Origin: Planctomycetota bacterium
GTDB taxonomy: Bacteria; Planctomycetota; JAJSAM01; JAJVHW01
Length of the DNA stretch: 64,000 nt
Assembly (NCBI GenBank): GCA_965248445.1
Contig: CBDFJG010000003.1
Location: 1,472,001-1,536,000, forward strand
Reading direction: 5' to 3'
The notes beneath the pieces are model-generated. The model had not been told where the DNA came from. It saw only the letters and a list, made by a program, of their open reading frames with translations, and did not search any database. Shown here one piece after another: positions 1-9,192 of this stretch (positions within the stretch are counted from its first letter, which is position 1; each line of letters starts with the position of its first letter). A program made the position numbers and the translations under genes.

Positions 1-2780
1 CCCTCGGCCCCGAAGACGACCCCCAGGTTCCCCGTCGCGGCGGCCTCGCCGGCACGGTCCCCGATCTCGCGGCTGACCGCGAGCTGCCTCTCCAGGTGTT
101 TCCGCGCCTCGACCGGGCGGCCCTCGGACTGGAAGACGAGGCCGAGGCTTCCCATGGCGCGCGCCTCGGCCTGCCTGTCTCCCAGCTCGCGACTGAGCGC
201 GAGATGCCGCGCGTGGTACTCGCGCGCCTCTTGCGGGCTGCCCTGGGACCAGAAGACGAAGCACAGCCCCCCGGCGGCGCCGGACTCCGCCATTCGGTCG
301 CCACGAGCAAGTGCGAGGTCGAGCGCGCGGCGGAACGCCGCCTCCGCGTCCGACTGACGGGACGTGCGCCAGAAGACATGCCCCAACGCAGTGGCCGCCT
401 GTCCGCGTAGATCGTCGTCCCCCGCCTCCTCGGCCAGGACCTCCGCCTCGCGCGCACACTCCTCTTGCCGTGTGCGGCGGCCCAGACTGTTCAGCGAGCC
501 GGCAAGACGCAGCAACGTCTTCGCGCGCTCCGGGCCGGTCAAGAGGTCCGGGACAGCGAGCGCGCCCTCGGTCAGCGTCACGACTTGTGCGTGCCGGTAG
601 CACTCGGTGAGATGCGTCTGCGCGGGGAGGAGGTAGCGCAGTGCCGACTCGCCGCGCGCGCCCTTCAGATAGTGCTCGCAGAGATCGACGCAGAGTGAGC
701 CGTCGAGGGTCTCGAGGTCCGGCTCGGCGGCCTTCGTGCGGGCCTCGAGAGCGTCGGCGAGGGCCGCGTGGTACGGCTCCCGCAGGAGCTCCGACATCGC
801 CACGTACAGGGCCTCCTGCACTTGGTGGTGATCGAAGACGTATCGCCGCCCGGAGGCCCGGACCAATCGGTGTCTCTTCTCGATGTGTCCGAGCGCACGC
901 ATCAACGGGATCTGTGCCATCCCGAGTACGTCACCCACCAGCAGCGGGTCGAACTCGAAGCCCCAGCACGCGGCAACGTCGAGGAGGCTCCGTTCGTCCT
1001 CGGTCAAGTCCGCTACGCGCGCGCTCACCAGGTCCAGCACCGACGACGGAATCTTGATGTCGTCCACGACCTTGGTGCCGACCCAGGTGCCGTCGTCGGC
1101 CTGCGCGATGAACTGCCCTTCGCGCAAGCCGCGCAGGATCTCGAACACGAAGAACGGGTTGCCGTCGGACTTGGTCGCGATCTGGGCGGAGAGGTCATGC
1201 GCCAAGCGCTCGGACTTGAGCGTGTCCTTGAGCAGTCGCACGAGGTCCTTCGGGCCGAGACGGTTGAGCGCGAGTTGGCTCGTCTGGTCGAGTCGGGTCA
1301 GGCCGGACGTCCAGTCGCCGGAAACGCCTGGCCGGGTCGTGCCGATCAGCAGCACGCGGTGCCCCGGCACGGCCATCGCAAGTGACGTGAACAGCGCGCG
1401 GCCCTCTTCCGGCGCGAAGTGCAGGTCATCGATCAAGACGACCGTCGGGCGCTCTCGTCCCAGCGCGCGGGTGGCGTTGACGAAGCAGGTCTGGAGGGAG
1501 TCCTTGGTGAGCGCTTCCTCTCCCTTCGGAGTCGATTCGCCCCGGAGCAGCGCGTCGAAGGCCGGCACCAGCACGGGCGTCGCGGTCAGGTACTCCGCGC
1601 ACCCCGCCTCCCCGAACTGTTCGCGGTACGCCGTCGAGAAGCCGCCCGCCGCCGTTGCCGCGCCGCCCGGTGGATAGCTGCCGAACAGGAAGTTGATGTC
1701 CTCGCCGTCGCGGTGCATGCGGCCGATCAGTTCATCGACGAGACGGGACTTGCCGATTCCGGCCTCGCCCTCGATCAGGACGACGCTGCCTTCGCCTGAC
1801 TTCGCGGCGTCGTAGAGCGCACCCAGCTTGGTGAATTCGTCCTCGCGTCCGTAGACCGCCGTCTCCCGCGGGATGCGCACACGGCGGAGCGGACGCTTGG
1901 TGACCGTCCGGATCATCGACGCCCGGCGGCGCCACCACGCGGAGTCCTCGCCGTCGGCCAGCACCCTCGCGAGTTCGTCGGCGGTCTTGAACCGCTTCTC
2001 GCGGTCCTTCTCGAGGAGGCAGTGGACCACCTCCTCGAAGAACGGCGAGAGCTGCGGGTTCACGTCGCCGAGCTTGCGCGGCTCCTCCCGCAGCACCCTC
2101 TGGATCGTCTTCGGCACGTCGTCCGCGAGATACGGATTGCTGCCGCAGGCGAGTTCGTAGAGGACCAGACCGAGCGCATGCAGATCGACGCGCCCGTCCA
2201 TCTCCGCGCCGCCACTCTGGAAGCTCTCCGGTGCCGCGTAGTGCAGCGACCCGACGAACGCTCCCGTCTGCGACAGACGCAACGCCTCGTCCGCCATGCG
2301 CGCGACGCCGAGGTCCATCACTTTGACCACGTGGTCCTCGGTGATCAGCACGTTCTCTGGCTTCATGTCCCGATGGATCGCGCCCGCGGCGTGGATGGCG
2401 GCGAGACCACTCGCCACTTCGTGACCGATGTGGCGGCAGAGTTCCTCGGGGACGCGGTCCAGCTCGACCAGCAGCTCCCGCAGCGTCTGCCCCTCGACAT
2501 ACTCCATCGCCATGAAGTGCTGCCCGCCGGTCGCGTCGCAGTCGTAGGTGCGAACGACGTTGGGATGGCGGACCGTCTTCCCGATCTCCGCCTCGCGCAG
2601 AAAGCGCTTGAAGAAGCCCGGTGTCTCCAAGAGATGCGCGTGCACGACCCTGAGCGCGACGCGGGTGCCTTCGTCGAGTCCCGGCACGCGACCGTCGACG
2701 ACGGCCGCGTAGACCTTCCCCATCCCGCCGGAGCCGAGCTCCGACTCGATGCGGTACGGACCGAGGTTCTCGCCCATCAC
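1..2780 (-). CDS. Ser/Thr kinase - STAND/AAA ATPase - TPR protein, paralogue 1 (3' end runs off the window)
   Basis: Not in the ORF track. Manual translation from GTG at 2780 gives MMGENLGPYRIESELGSGGMGKVY, VALRVVH, HRDMKPEN, DLG, Walker A GEAGIGKS, Walker B LIDDLH, and TPR-like GEAAATGNLG in the same frame at the window edge. Colinear with 3598..7095. Confidence 0.9.
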   Translation of the reverse strand, partial: MMGENLGPYRIESELGSGGMGKVYAAVVDGRVPGLDEGTRVALRVVHAHLLETPGFFKRFLREAEIGKTVRHPNVVRTYDCDATGGQHFMAMEYVEGQTLRELLVELDRVPEELCRHIGHEVASGLAAIHAAGAIHRDMKPENVLITEDHVVKVMDLGVARMADEALRLSQTGAFVGSLHYAAPESFQSGGAEMDGRVDLHALGLVLYELACGSNPYLADDVPKTIQRVLREEPRKLGDVNPQLSPFFEEVVHCLLEKDREKRFKTADELARVLADGEDSAWWRRRASMIRTVTKRPLRRVRIPRETAVYGREDEFTKLGALYDAAKSGEGSVVLIEGEAGIGKSRLVDELIGRMHRDGEDINFLFGSYPPGGAATAAGGFSTAYREQFGEAGCAEYLTATPVLVPAFDALLRGESTPKGEEALTKDSLQTCFVNATRALGRERPTVVLIDDLHFAPEEGRALFTSLAMAVPGHRVLLIGTTRPGVSGDWTSGLTRLDQTSQLALNRLGPKDLVRLLKDTLKSERLAHDLSAQIATKSDGNPFFVFEILRGLREGQFIAQADDGTWVGTKVVDDIKIPSSVLDLVSARVADLTEDERSLLDVAACWGFEFDPLLVGDVLGMAQIPLMRALGHIEKRHRLVRASGRRYVFDHHQVQEALYVAMSELLREPYHAALADALEARTKAAEPDLETLDGSLCVDLCEHYLKGARGESALRYLLPAQTHLTECYRHAQVVTLTEGALAVPDLLTGPERAKTLLRLAGSLNSLGRRTRQEECAREAEVLAEEAGDDDLRGQAATALGHVFWRTSRQSDAEAAFRRALDLALARGDRMAESGAAGGLCFVFWSQGSPQEAREYHARHLALSRELGDRQAEARAMGSLGLVFQSEGRPVEARKHLERQLAVSREIGDRAGEAAATGNLGVVFGAE

Positions 2781-2837
2781 GGCGGTGACGGTAGCAGGGT
2801 GGCGCACGCTCCCGCGCACCCCGCGCCTCACGGACGT

Positions 2838-3600
2838 ATGTCCGTGTCTCGTGGTGCCCTGCGGTCCTTGATGAAGATCCGGTCCGACAGGCGGTGCAGA
2901 GAGGCACGGCGCGACCCCGCGGCGGAGCGGATGGTCCGTGACGGAGCTGCGGCACTGCGCGATGCCGAGATCCGGACCGCCCGCGGGCTGGCACGAGTGC
3001 ACCGCACGCGGACGTTCCTTCTGTCCGGCTGCGCGTCTGCCGTGGACTACGGCGTGCGCGCGGGTCTCTCGCGGCAGCGCTCGCTGACCCTGCTGCGGGA
3101 CGGGCATGGCGCTCGAAGCCGATCGCGACGGGCACGGCGAACGCGGGCTGCGCGAGGGACGGATCACGAGCGATGACGCCGCCGAGGTCGGCAAGCTCTA
3201 CGCAGCCGAAGAGCGCGCGACGAAAGCCAACGCCGCCGCCCCACCAAACCCAATCGTGCCCCGCCGACGTGTTCGCAACGGTGCTCGAGCGTTCGGGCGA
3301 TCGCTGCGAGATCGCCGGCTGCGGGCACCGCATCTTCCTCGACAACGCGCACGTGCTGGCCCATGCCGCGGGGGGCGGCCGCGAGGCGCAGAACATCACC
3401 CGGCTCTGCGATCCGCACCATGTGCTGCACGACGCCGGGCGGATCCGAGTGGTCGGCTGGGACCACGGCCGGCCCGAGTTCGCGACGCGCAGACCGGCGA
3501 GGTGTTCTCCGCGCGGGGTCGCGGCGCACCCGAGTACGCGGCGGTCCGATCGGACAATCAGCCGTCCGGCGTGCGCGAGCGCGCTCCGCCATGGGCGTCA
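2838..3600 (+). pseudogene. HNH endonuclease with a DUF222-like N-terminus, split by three frameshifts (pseudogene or assembly errors); 3' end approximate
   Basis: Three frames join into one protein. The HNH motif is RCEIAGC..AHVLAHAAGGG..NITRLCDPHH. Shifts lie near 3097-3104 (GGG), 3259-3262 (CCCC) and ~3481. Confidence 0.65.
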
Positions 3601-6600
3601 GGCGAGCCCGTGCTCCTGGCACGCTGCCGTGATCTCACAATTCCGGCTGAGATTCGCGAGCATCGCCGCCCGCGTCTCGCCGTCGACGTGTGCCAACTCC
3701 TCGTCGAGCAGCCGCTTCGCCTCGGCGAGATGGGCTCGGTCGCCGGTCGCCTTCCACAGCAACCAGCGCGCGTTGCGGCGTTGCGAGGCCTCGAGTCGCG
3801 GCTCGATCTCGACGAACGCGGCGAGGGCATCGTTCGCGTCGCCGCCGGGGAGACACGCGAGCTGACAGCGCGCCAACGTCTGCAGCCCCACCACGCCGAT
3901 CGTAGCCGCCCCGTCGCGCGCCGCCACGAGCGAGTCGCGCGCGCGTCCCTCGTCACCCGCGTCGGCGAACAGTGAGCCGAGCGAAAAGTGCGTCGCTGCC
4001 GCCAGGTGTGGCGCGTCGATGACGCCGCATGCGGCGAGGCACGCGGAGAGGCACTCCTCCGCACGCGCGAGCGCACCCTCCTCGCGATACGCGTTGCCCA
4101 TGTTGTGGAGCGCGATGGCCGCGCCCTCGCGGCCCCCCATGTCGCGGGAAAGTTCGAGGTTGCGCTCGTAGTGCTCGCGCGCCGCGGCGACCCGGCCCAT
4201 GGACTGCAGGACGACGCCGAGATTGGCGGTGGCCAGGCCCTCGCCGCGACGGTTCCCGATCTCGCGGTTGAGCGCGCGCTGCCGCTCGATGTACTCGCGG
4301 GCCTCGCGGAGGCGCCCCGTCGAGATGAAGAACGTCCCCAGGTTCCCGACGCAGATCGCCTCGACCTTTCGATCCCCGATCTCCGTGCTGATCTCGAGCG
4401 CCCGCTCGTAGTGCACGCGCGCCTCGCCCACGTGACCCTGGTCGTGCAGGACGCTCCCCAGGTTCCCCTCGGAGTTGGCCTCCCCGTGCCGGTCCCCGCT
4501 CTGACGGCTGAGCGCGACGGCACGCGCGTGGTGCTCGCGCGCGTCGTCCAGGCGTCCGCGTTGGCCGAGGATGAGACCCAGATTGCCGGTCACGCCGGAC
4601 TCGGCGCGCACGTCACTCGACCGTTGCGCGATCTCGAGCGCGCGCCTGACGGCCGCCTCGGCCTCGTCCAGGCGTGACGTGCGGTAGAACACTCCGCCGA
4701 GGCCCTTGAGCGCCAGACAGAGCAGCGCGTCGTCCCCCGCGTCCTCGGCCAGCTGCTCCGCCTCGCGGGCGACCTCTTCCTGGCGCGCGGGATCGCCGAT
4801 CGGATCGAGGGCGTCCCAGAGTCGCAACAGAACCCTCGCGCGCGCTGCGCCGGTGAGGAGTCCGGGCATCGCGAGCGCCCGTTCGGTCAGCGCGACCGCC
4901 CGCGCGTGCAGGTAACCCTTCGTCAAGTGCGCCTGTGCCGCGGCGAGGTAACGCAGCGCCTGATCGCCGCGCGCACCTTGCAGGTAGTGCTCGCAGAGAT
5001 CGACGCAGAGCGCGCCGTCCAGGCTGTCCGGGTCCGTGTCGGCTGCGCTCGCGCGCGTATCCATCGCCTCGGCCAGCGCGGCGTGGTACTCCTCGCGCAG
5101 CTGTTCGTTCAGGCCCTGGTAGAGCGCCTCCTGGACCTGGTGATGATCGAACACGTAGTTGCGTCCCACCGAGCGAACCAGCCGGTTGCTGCGCTCGATG
5201 TGACCGAAGCGCTTGAGGCACGGGATGCGGTCGAGTCCGCAGACGTCTCCGATCAGCGCCGGATCGAACTCGTATCCCCAGCAACTCGCCACATCCAGCA
5301 GGTCCCGCTCCCCTTCGCTGAGATCCGCCACGCGGGCGTTCACCAGGTCCAGCACCGACGACGGGATCTGGATGTCGTCGATCACCTTCGTCGAGACCCA
5401 ACTGCCGTCCGCGGTGCGCGTGATGAACTGGCCCTCGCGCAGGCCCTGCAGGATCTCGAACACGAAGAACGGATTGCCGTCGGACTTCGTCGCGATCTGG
5501 CCTGCCAGCACATGAGCGAGTTCCTCGGACTTGAGCGTGTCGCGCAGCAGCGCCATCAGGTCCTTGGGCCCCAGGCGGTGCAACGACATGTGCGTCGTCT
5601 GATCGAGGCGTGTGGCGCCGGAGAGCCAGTCCTCGGCGACACCTCTGCGCGTCGTGCCGATCAGAAGCACACGACTGCCGGGTACGGCCATCGCGAGAGA
5701 CGTGAAGAGCGCGCGCCCCTCGTCCGGTGCAAAGTGGAGATCATCGATCAACACCACCGTCGTGCGCTCCGCGCCCAGCACGCGCGTGGCGTTGACGAAG
5801 CAAGTCTGCAGGGACTCCTTGGTCAGCGGCTCACTGCCGGCCGGGGTCGGTTCTCCACGCAGCAGCGCGTCGAAGGCGGGCACGAGGACCGGCGTCGTCG
5901 TCAGGTAGGCCGCGCACCCCGCGTCTCCAAACTGCTCTCTGTATGCCGTCGAGAATCCGCCCGCCGCCGTGGCCGCACCACCCGGGGGATAGCTGCCGAA
6001 CAGGAAGTTCACGTCCTCGCCGTCGCGCTGCAGCCGCGCGATCAGCTCATCCACGAGTCGCGACTTCCCTATCCCCGCTTCGCCCTCGATCAGGACGTCA
6101 GTGCCCTCGCCCGACCTCGCGGCGTCGTAGTGCCCGCGCAGTCTGGCGAGTTCTTCCTCGCGGCCATAGACGGCCGTTTCTCGCGGGATACGCACGCGGC
6201 GGAGCGGCCGCTTGGTGATCGAGCGGATCGCGGACGCGCGCCAGTGCCACCACTCGGAGTCCTCGCCGTCTGTGAGCGCGGCCGCCAAGTCGCCGGCTGT
6301 CGCGAACCGCTTCTCGCGGTCCTTCTCGAGCAGACAGTGCACTGCCTCTTCGAAGAACGGCGAGATCTGAGGGTTGACGTCACCGAGCCTCCGCGGTGGC
6401 TCGCGCACCACTTTTTCGATGGTGCGCGCGACGCCGTCGGCCTCGTACGGGTTCGAGCCGCACGCGAGTTCGTAGAGCACGAGACCGAGAGCGTGCAGGT
6501 CCACGCGTCCGTCCACGTCGGCGCCGCCCTTCTGGAAGCTCTCCGGCGCCGCGTAACAGAGCGACCCGACGAACGCACCGGTCTGCGACAAGCGCTGCGC

Positions 6601-7095
6601 CTCGTCCACCAGTCGCGCCACGCCCAAGTCCATGACCTTGACGACGTGGTCCGCGGTGATGAGCACGTTCTCCGGCTTCATGTCGCGGTGAATGACGCCC
6701 GCATCGTGGATGGCGGCGAGTCCGTTGGCGACCTCCCGCCCGATGTGCCGACAAAGCTCCTCCGGCACGCGCTCCAACTCGTCGAGCAACTCCCGCAGCG
6801 TCTGCCCCTCGACGTACTCCATCGCCATGAAGTGCTGCTCGCCGGTTGCGTCGCAGTCGAACGTCCGCACGACATTGGGATGGCGGACAGTCCGTCCGAG
6901 CTCCGCTTCGCGCATGAAGCGCTTGAAGAAGCCGGGCACCTCGAGCAGGTGCGGATGCACGATCTTGAGCGCGACCCGCATGCCCTTGTCCAACCCCGGC
7001 ACGCGTCCGTCCACGACCGCGGCGTAGACCTTCCCCATCCCCCCGGAGCCAAGCTCGCGGTCGATGCGGTACGGGCCGAGGATGTCGCCGATCAC
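3598..7095 (-). CDS. Ser/Thr kinase - STAND/AAA ATPase - TPR protein, paralogue 2 (1165 aa)
   Basis: GSGGMG, VALK, HRDMKPEN, DLG and APE kinase motifs; GEAGIGKS and LIDDLH; GNLG-type TPR repeats. Confidence 0.93.
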   Translation of the reverse strand: MIGDILGPYRIDRELGSGGMGKVYAAVVDGRVPGLDKGMRVALKIVHPHLLEVPGFFKRFMREAELGRTVRHPNVVRTFDCDATGEQHFMAMEYVEGQTLRELLDELERVPEELCRHIGREVANGLAAIHDAGVIHRDMKPENVLITADHVVKVMDLGVARLVDEAQRLSQTGAFVGSLCYAAPESFQKGGADVDGRVDLHALGLVLYELACGSNPYEADGVARTIEKVVREPPRRLGDVNPQISPFFEEAVHCLLEKDREKRFATAGDLAAALTDGEDSEWWHWRASAIRSITKRPLRRVRIPRETAVYGREEELARLRGHYDAARSGEGTDVLIEGEAGIGKSRLVDELIARLQRDGEDVNFLFGSYPPGGAATAAGGFSTAYREQFGDAGCAAYLTTTPVLVPAFDALLRGEPTPAGSEPLTKESLQTCFVNATRVLGAERTTVVLIDDLHFAPDEGRALFTSLAMAVPGSRVLLIGTTRRGVAEDWLSGATRLDQTTHMSLHRLGPKDLMALLRDTLKSEELAHVLAGQIATKSDGNPFFVFEILQGLREGQFITRTADGSWVSTKVIDDIQIPSSVLDLVNARVADLSEGERDLLDVASCWGYEFDPALIGDVCGLDRIPCLKRFGHIERSNRLVRSVGRNYVFDHHQVQEALYQGLNEQLREEYHAALAEAMDTRASAADTDPDSLDGALCVDLCEHYLQGARGDQALRYLAAAQAHLTKGYLHARAVALTERALAMPGLLTGAARARVLLRLWDALDPIGDPARQEEVAREAEQLAEDAGDDALLCLALKGLGGVFYRTSRLDEAEAAVRRALEIAQRSSDVRAESGVTGNLGLILGQRGRLDDAREHHARAVALSRQSGDRHGEANSEGNLGSVLHDQGHVGEARVHYERALEISTEIGDRKVEAICVGNLGTFFISTGRLREAREYIERQRALNREIGNRRGEGLATANLGVVLQSMGRVAAAREHYERNLELSRDMGGREGAAIALHNMGNAYREEGALARAEECLSACLAACGVIDAPHLAAATHFSLGSLFADAGDEGRARDSLVAARDGAATIGVVGLQTLARCQLACLPGGDANDALAAFVEIEPRLEASQRRNARWLLWKATGDRAHLAEAKRLLDEELAHVDGETRAAMLANLSRNCEITAACQEHGLA

Positions 7096-7116
7096 GGCGA
7101 GGAGGCTAGCAGTACG

Positions 7117-9123
7117 TCAGACGGAGACTGGCTGCCGGAACATCCCCGGCTCGTACGCGGCGATGTACCCGCGCACCGCCGAGGCGGCGACCGTCAGCGG
7201 GCTCGCGAGATAGAGACGGCCGGGGCCGGAGCGGCCCTTGTAGTTACGATTGATCGCCGAGACGGTGACCTGGTCCGAGTCGGCAGAGACGCCAGGGCCG
7301 CAGCCGATGCACGCGCCGCAACCGGGCGAGATGACGCGGACGCCCGTCCGCTCAAAGACGTCGAGGTGACCGCGCTCGCGCGCGTAGGTCTCGACGTCGG
7401 CGGACCCGAACTGGATCAGGAACTGCACGTGGTCGGCGACGCGGACGCGGGCCTCGGCGGCCTCCGCCATCACCCGCGCGTAGAGATCCAGATCGGTCTC
7501 CTTGCCCGCGGTGCACGAGCCGCCGTAGGCGATGTCGATGCGCACCTCGCCGATCTCGGCGATGAGCGCTCCGTTCGTCGGGTCCGACGGGATGCCGCGG
7601 TCAGGATCACCCGGATGCGCCACCATCGGGCGGATCGCGGAGAGATCGATCGAGTGGACACCGCCGGCGTAGTGCGCGCCTGGATCGGCCGCGACAGCCT
7701 GCGCTCGCAGTTCCTCGACACCGACCGCGCCTCCGCGGCGGGCGGCGATCCACTGGAACGTCGCTTCGTCCGCCTCCACGATCCCCGTGCGCGCGGTGCA
7801 CTCAGTCGCCATATTCGCCAGTGTCGCCCGCTCGTCCATGTCGAGCGAAGCGAGGCCCGGCCCCGCGAACTCCATCACGCGCTTGAGCGTGTCCTCGCGC
7901 ACCGCGAAGGTCGCGAGGATGTGCAGCATCACGTCCTTGGCAGTGCAGTTGTCGGGGAGCTCGCCGGTCAGCTCGAAGCGGATGGACTCCGGGACCTCGA
8001 CGATCGTGAAGCCCGCCTTGACGAGGTTCGCGTACTCCGTGGTGCCAACGCCCCACGCCAGCGAGTTGTTGCCGCCGCCCATGCAGGTGTGGCTGTCCGT
8101 CGCCTGCACGAGCTCGCCCGGCTCGATGAACTTCTCCCGCGCGACCTGGTGGCAGATGCCCGGGCTCTTCCCGTCGGTCGCGGCGTAGGACAGACACCCG
8201 GTGTGCCGCTGGAACGTGTTCTGCAGGTCGCGGAGCGTCTGGATCTTCGGCATGAAGCGTCGCATGCGGTCCACCTCGTCCGCGTAGATGAGGTGGTCTT
8301 CGAACACGGCGAACTTGCTGGGATTCGCGATCGCGTAGTCGTCGCCGTACTCGGCTGCGAGGAACGTGTGCACCTGCGCGGTCGTGAACTCGTGTGAGTA
8401 GCCGGCGTCCACGCGCACGACGACCGGGTCGCCCGGCTTCACGTACTTCGGCTCGTCACCGGCCCCTTCCACAACAAGGTGGGCTGCGAGGATCTTCTCG
8501 GCCATCGTCATCGGCCGCTCGCCCGTGTTGTTCACGGGCAGCGTGGCCTCGCCCGCCGCGAGCGCCTTGGCGAACGGGAACAGGCCGCCGTGCTGCACGA
8601 CGAGCTGCGTCACCGGGTCGTAGTCCTCGTAGAACTCGCGGATACCGATGCCCTCGCCCCGCTGCAGACGAATCAGCATGTCGTGATCGCCCATCAGTGT
8701 GCCGAGGTTGATGTTGTTGCGCGCGTGGATCGGGGCGAACGACGCCGCGATCACGATCTTGATCCCGCTCCACTTCTCGCACTGGGCGGCCGTCTCGCGT
8801 GAGCTGCCGACGCCCTTGCGCAGGCCGCTCACGATGACCTCGAAGCCGCCGTCGAGGAGCGCCCGCTCCGGCACCAGCCGCTCGCCCTCGACGATCAGGC
8901 CTGCATAGGCGTTCTTCGCGATCTCCGCGGGGTCGTGATCGAAGCAGACCCAGGCGGGGGTCATCGCGTCGGTGTTGATGTCGTCGAGCAGGTCGTCGAC
9001 CGAGAGATCCTCCATGCGCAGGTCCAGCTCGCCCGCCAGCTGCCGTCGGATCAGGGACGGGTCCTTGGTCAGGAACAGGACCCGCTTGCCGGGCGTGAGC
9101 GAGAGGGACTCGGGTGGACGCAT
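7117..9123 (-). CDS. Aconitase/isopropylmalate dehydratase family enzyme with the swivel (LeuD-like) domain fused N-terminal to the LeuC-like domain
   Basis: N-terminal DINTDAMTP and GVGSSRETA, then MTMAEKIL, TDSHT, GGSCT and PGCGAC (4Fe-4S cysteines). GGAGG lies upstream of ATG 9123. Confidence 0.85.
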   Translation of the reverse strand: MRPPESLSLTPGKRVLFLTKDPSLIRRQLAGELDLRMEDLSVDDLLDDINTDAMTPAWVCFDHDPAEIAKNAYAGLIVEGERLVPERALLDGGFEVIVSGLRKGVGSSRETAAQCEKWSGIKIVIAASFAPIHARNNINLGTLMGDHDMLIRLQRGEGIGIREFYEDYDPVTQLVVQHGGLFPFAKALAAGEATLPVNNTGERPMTMAEKILAAHLVVEGAGDEPKYVKPGDPVVVRVDAGYSHEFTTAQVHTFLAAEYGDDYAIANPSKFAVFEDHLIYADEVDRMRRFMPKIQTLRDLQNTFQRHTGCLSYAATDGKSPGICHQVAREKFIEPGELVQATDSHTCMGGGNNSLAWGVGTTEYANLVKAGFTIVEVPESIRFELTGELPDNCTAKDVMLHILATFAVREDTLKRVMEFAGPGLASLDMDERATLANMATECTARTGIVEADEATFQWIAARRGGAVGVEELRAQAVAADPGAHYAGGVHSIDLSAIRPMVAHPGDPDRGIPSDPTNGALIAEIGEVRIDIAYGGSCTAGKETDLDLYARVMAEAAEARVRVADHVQFLIQFGSADVETYARERGHLDVFERTGVRVISPGCGACIGCGPGVSADSDQVTVSAINRNYKGRSGPGRLYLASPLTVAASAVRGYIAAYEPGMFRQPVSV

Positions 9124-9192
9124 GCAGACCTCCGGAGGGCGCTGGCCAGGGGTAAGACAGGCACTTTCGCCCACCGGCCGCGTCCAATCCGG

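Noticed and set aside
4906..8397. 1163 aa plus-strand ORF and other long antisense ORFs (e.g. 15516..18134, 16525..19452, 32086..35148, 60348..62426)
   Set aside because: Shadow frames of well-supported genes in high-GC DNA, with no recognisable motifs.
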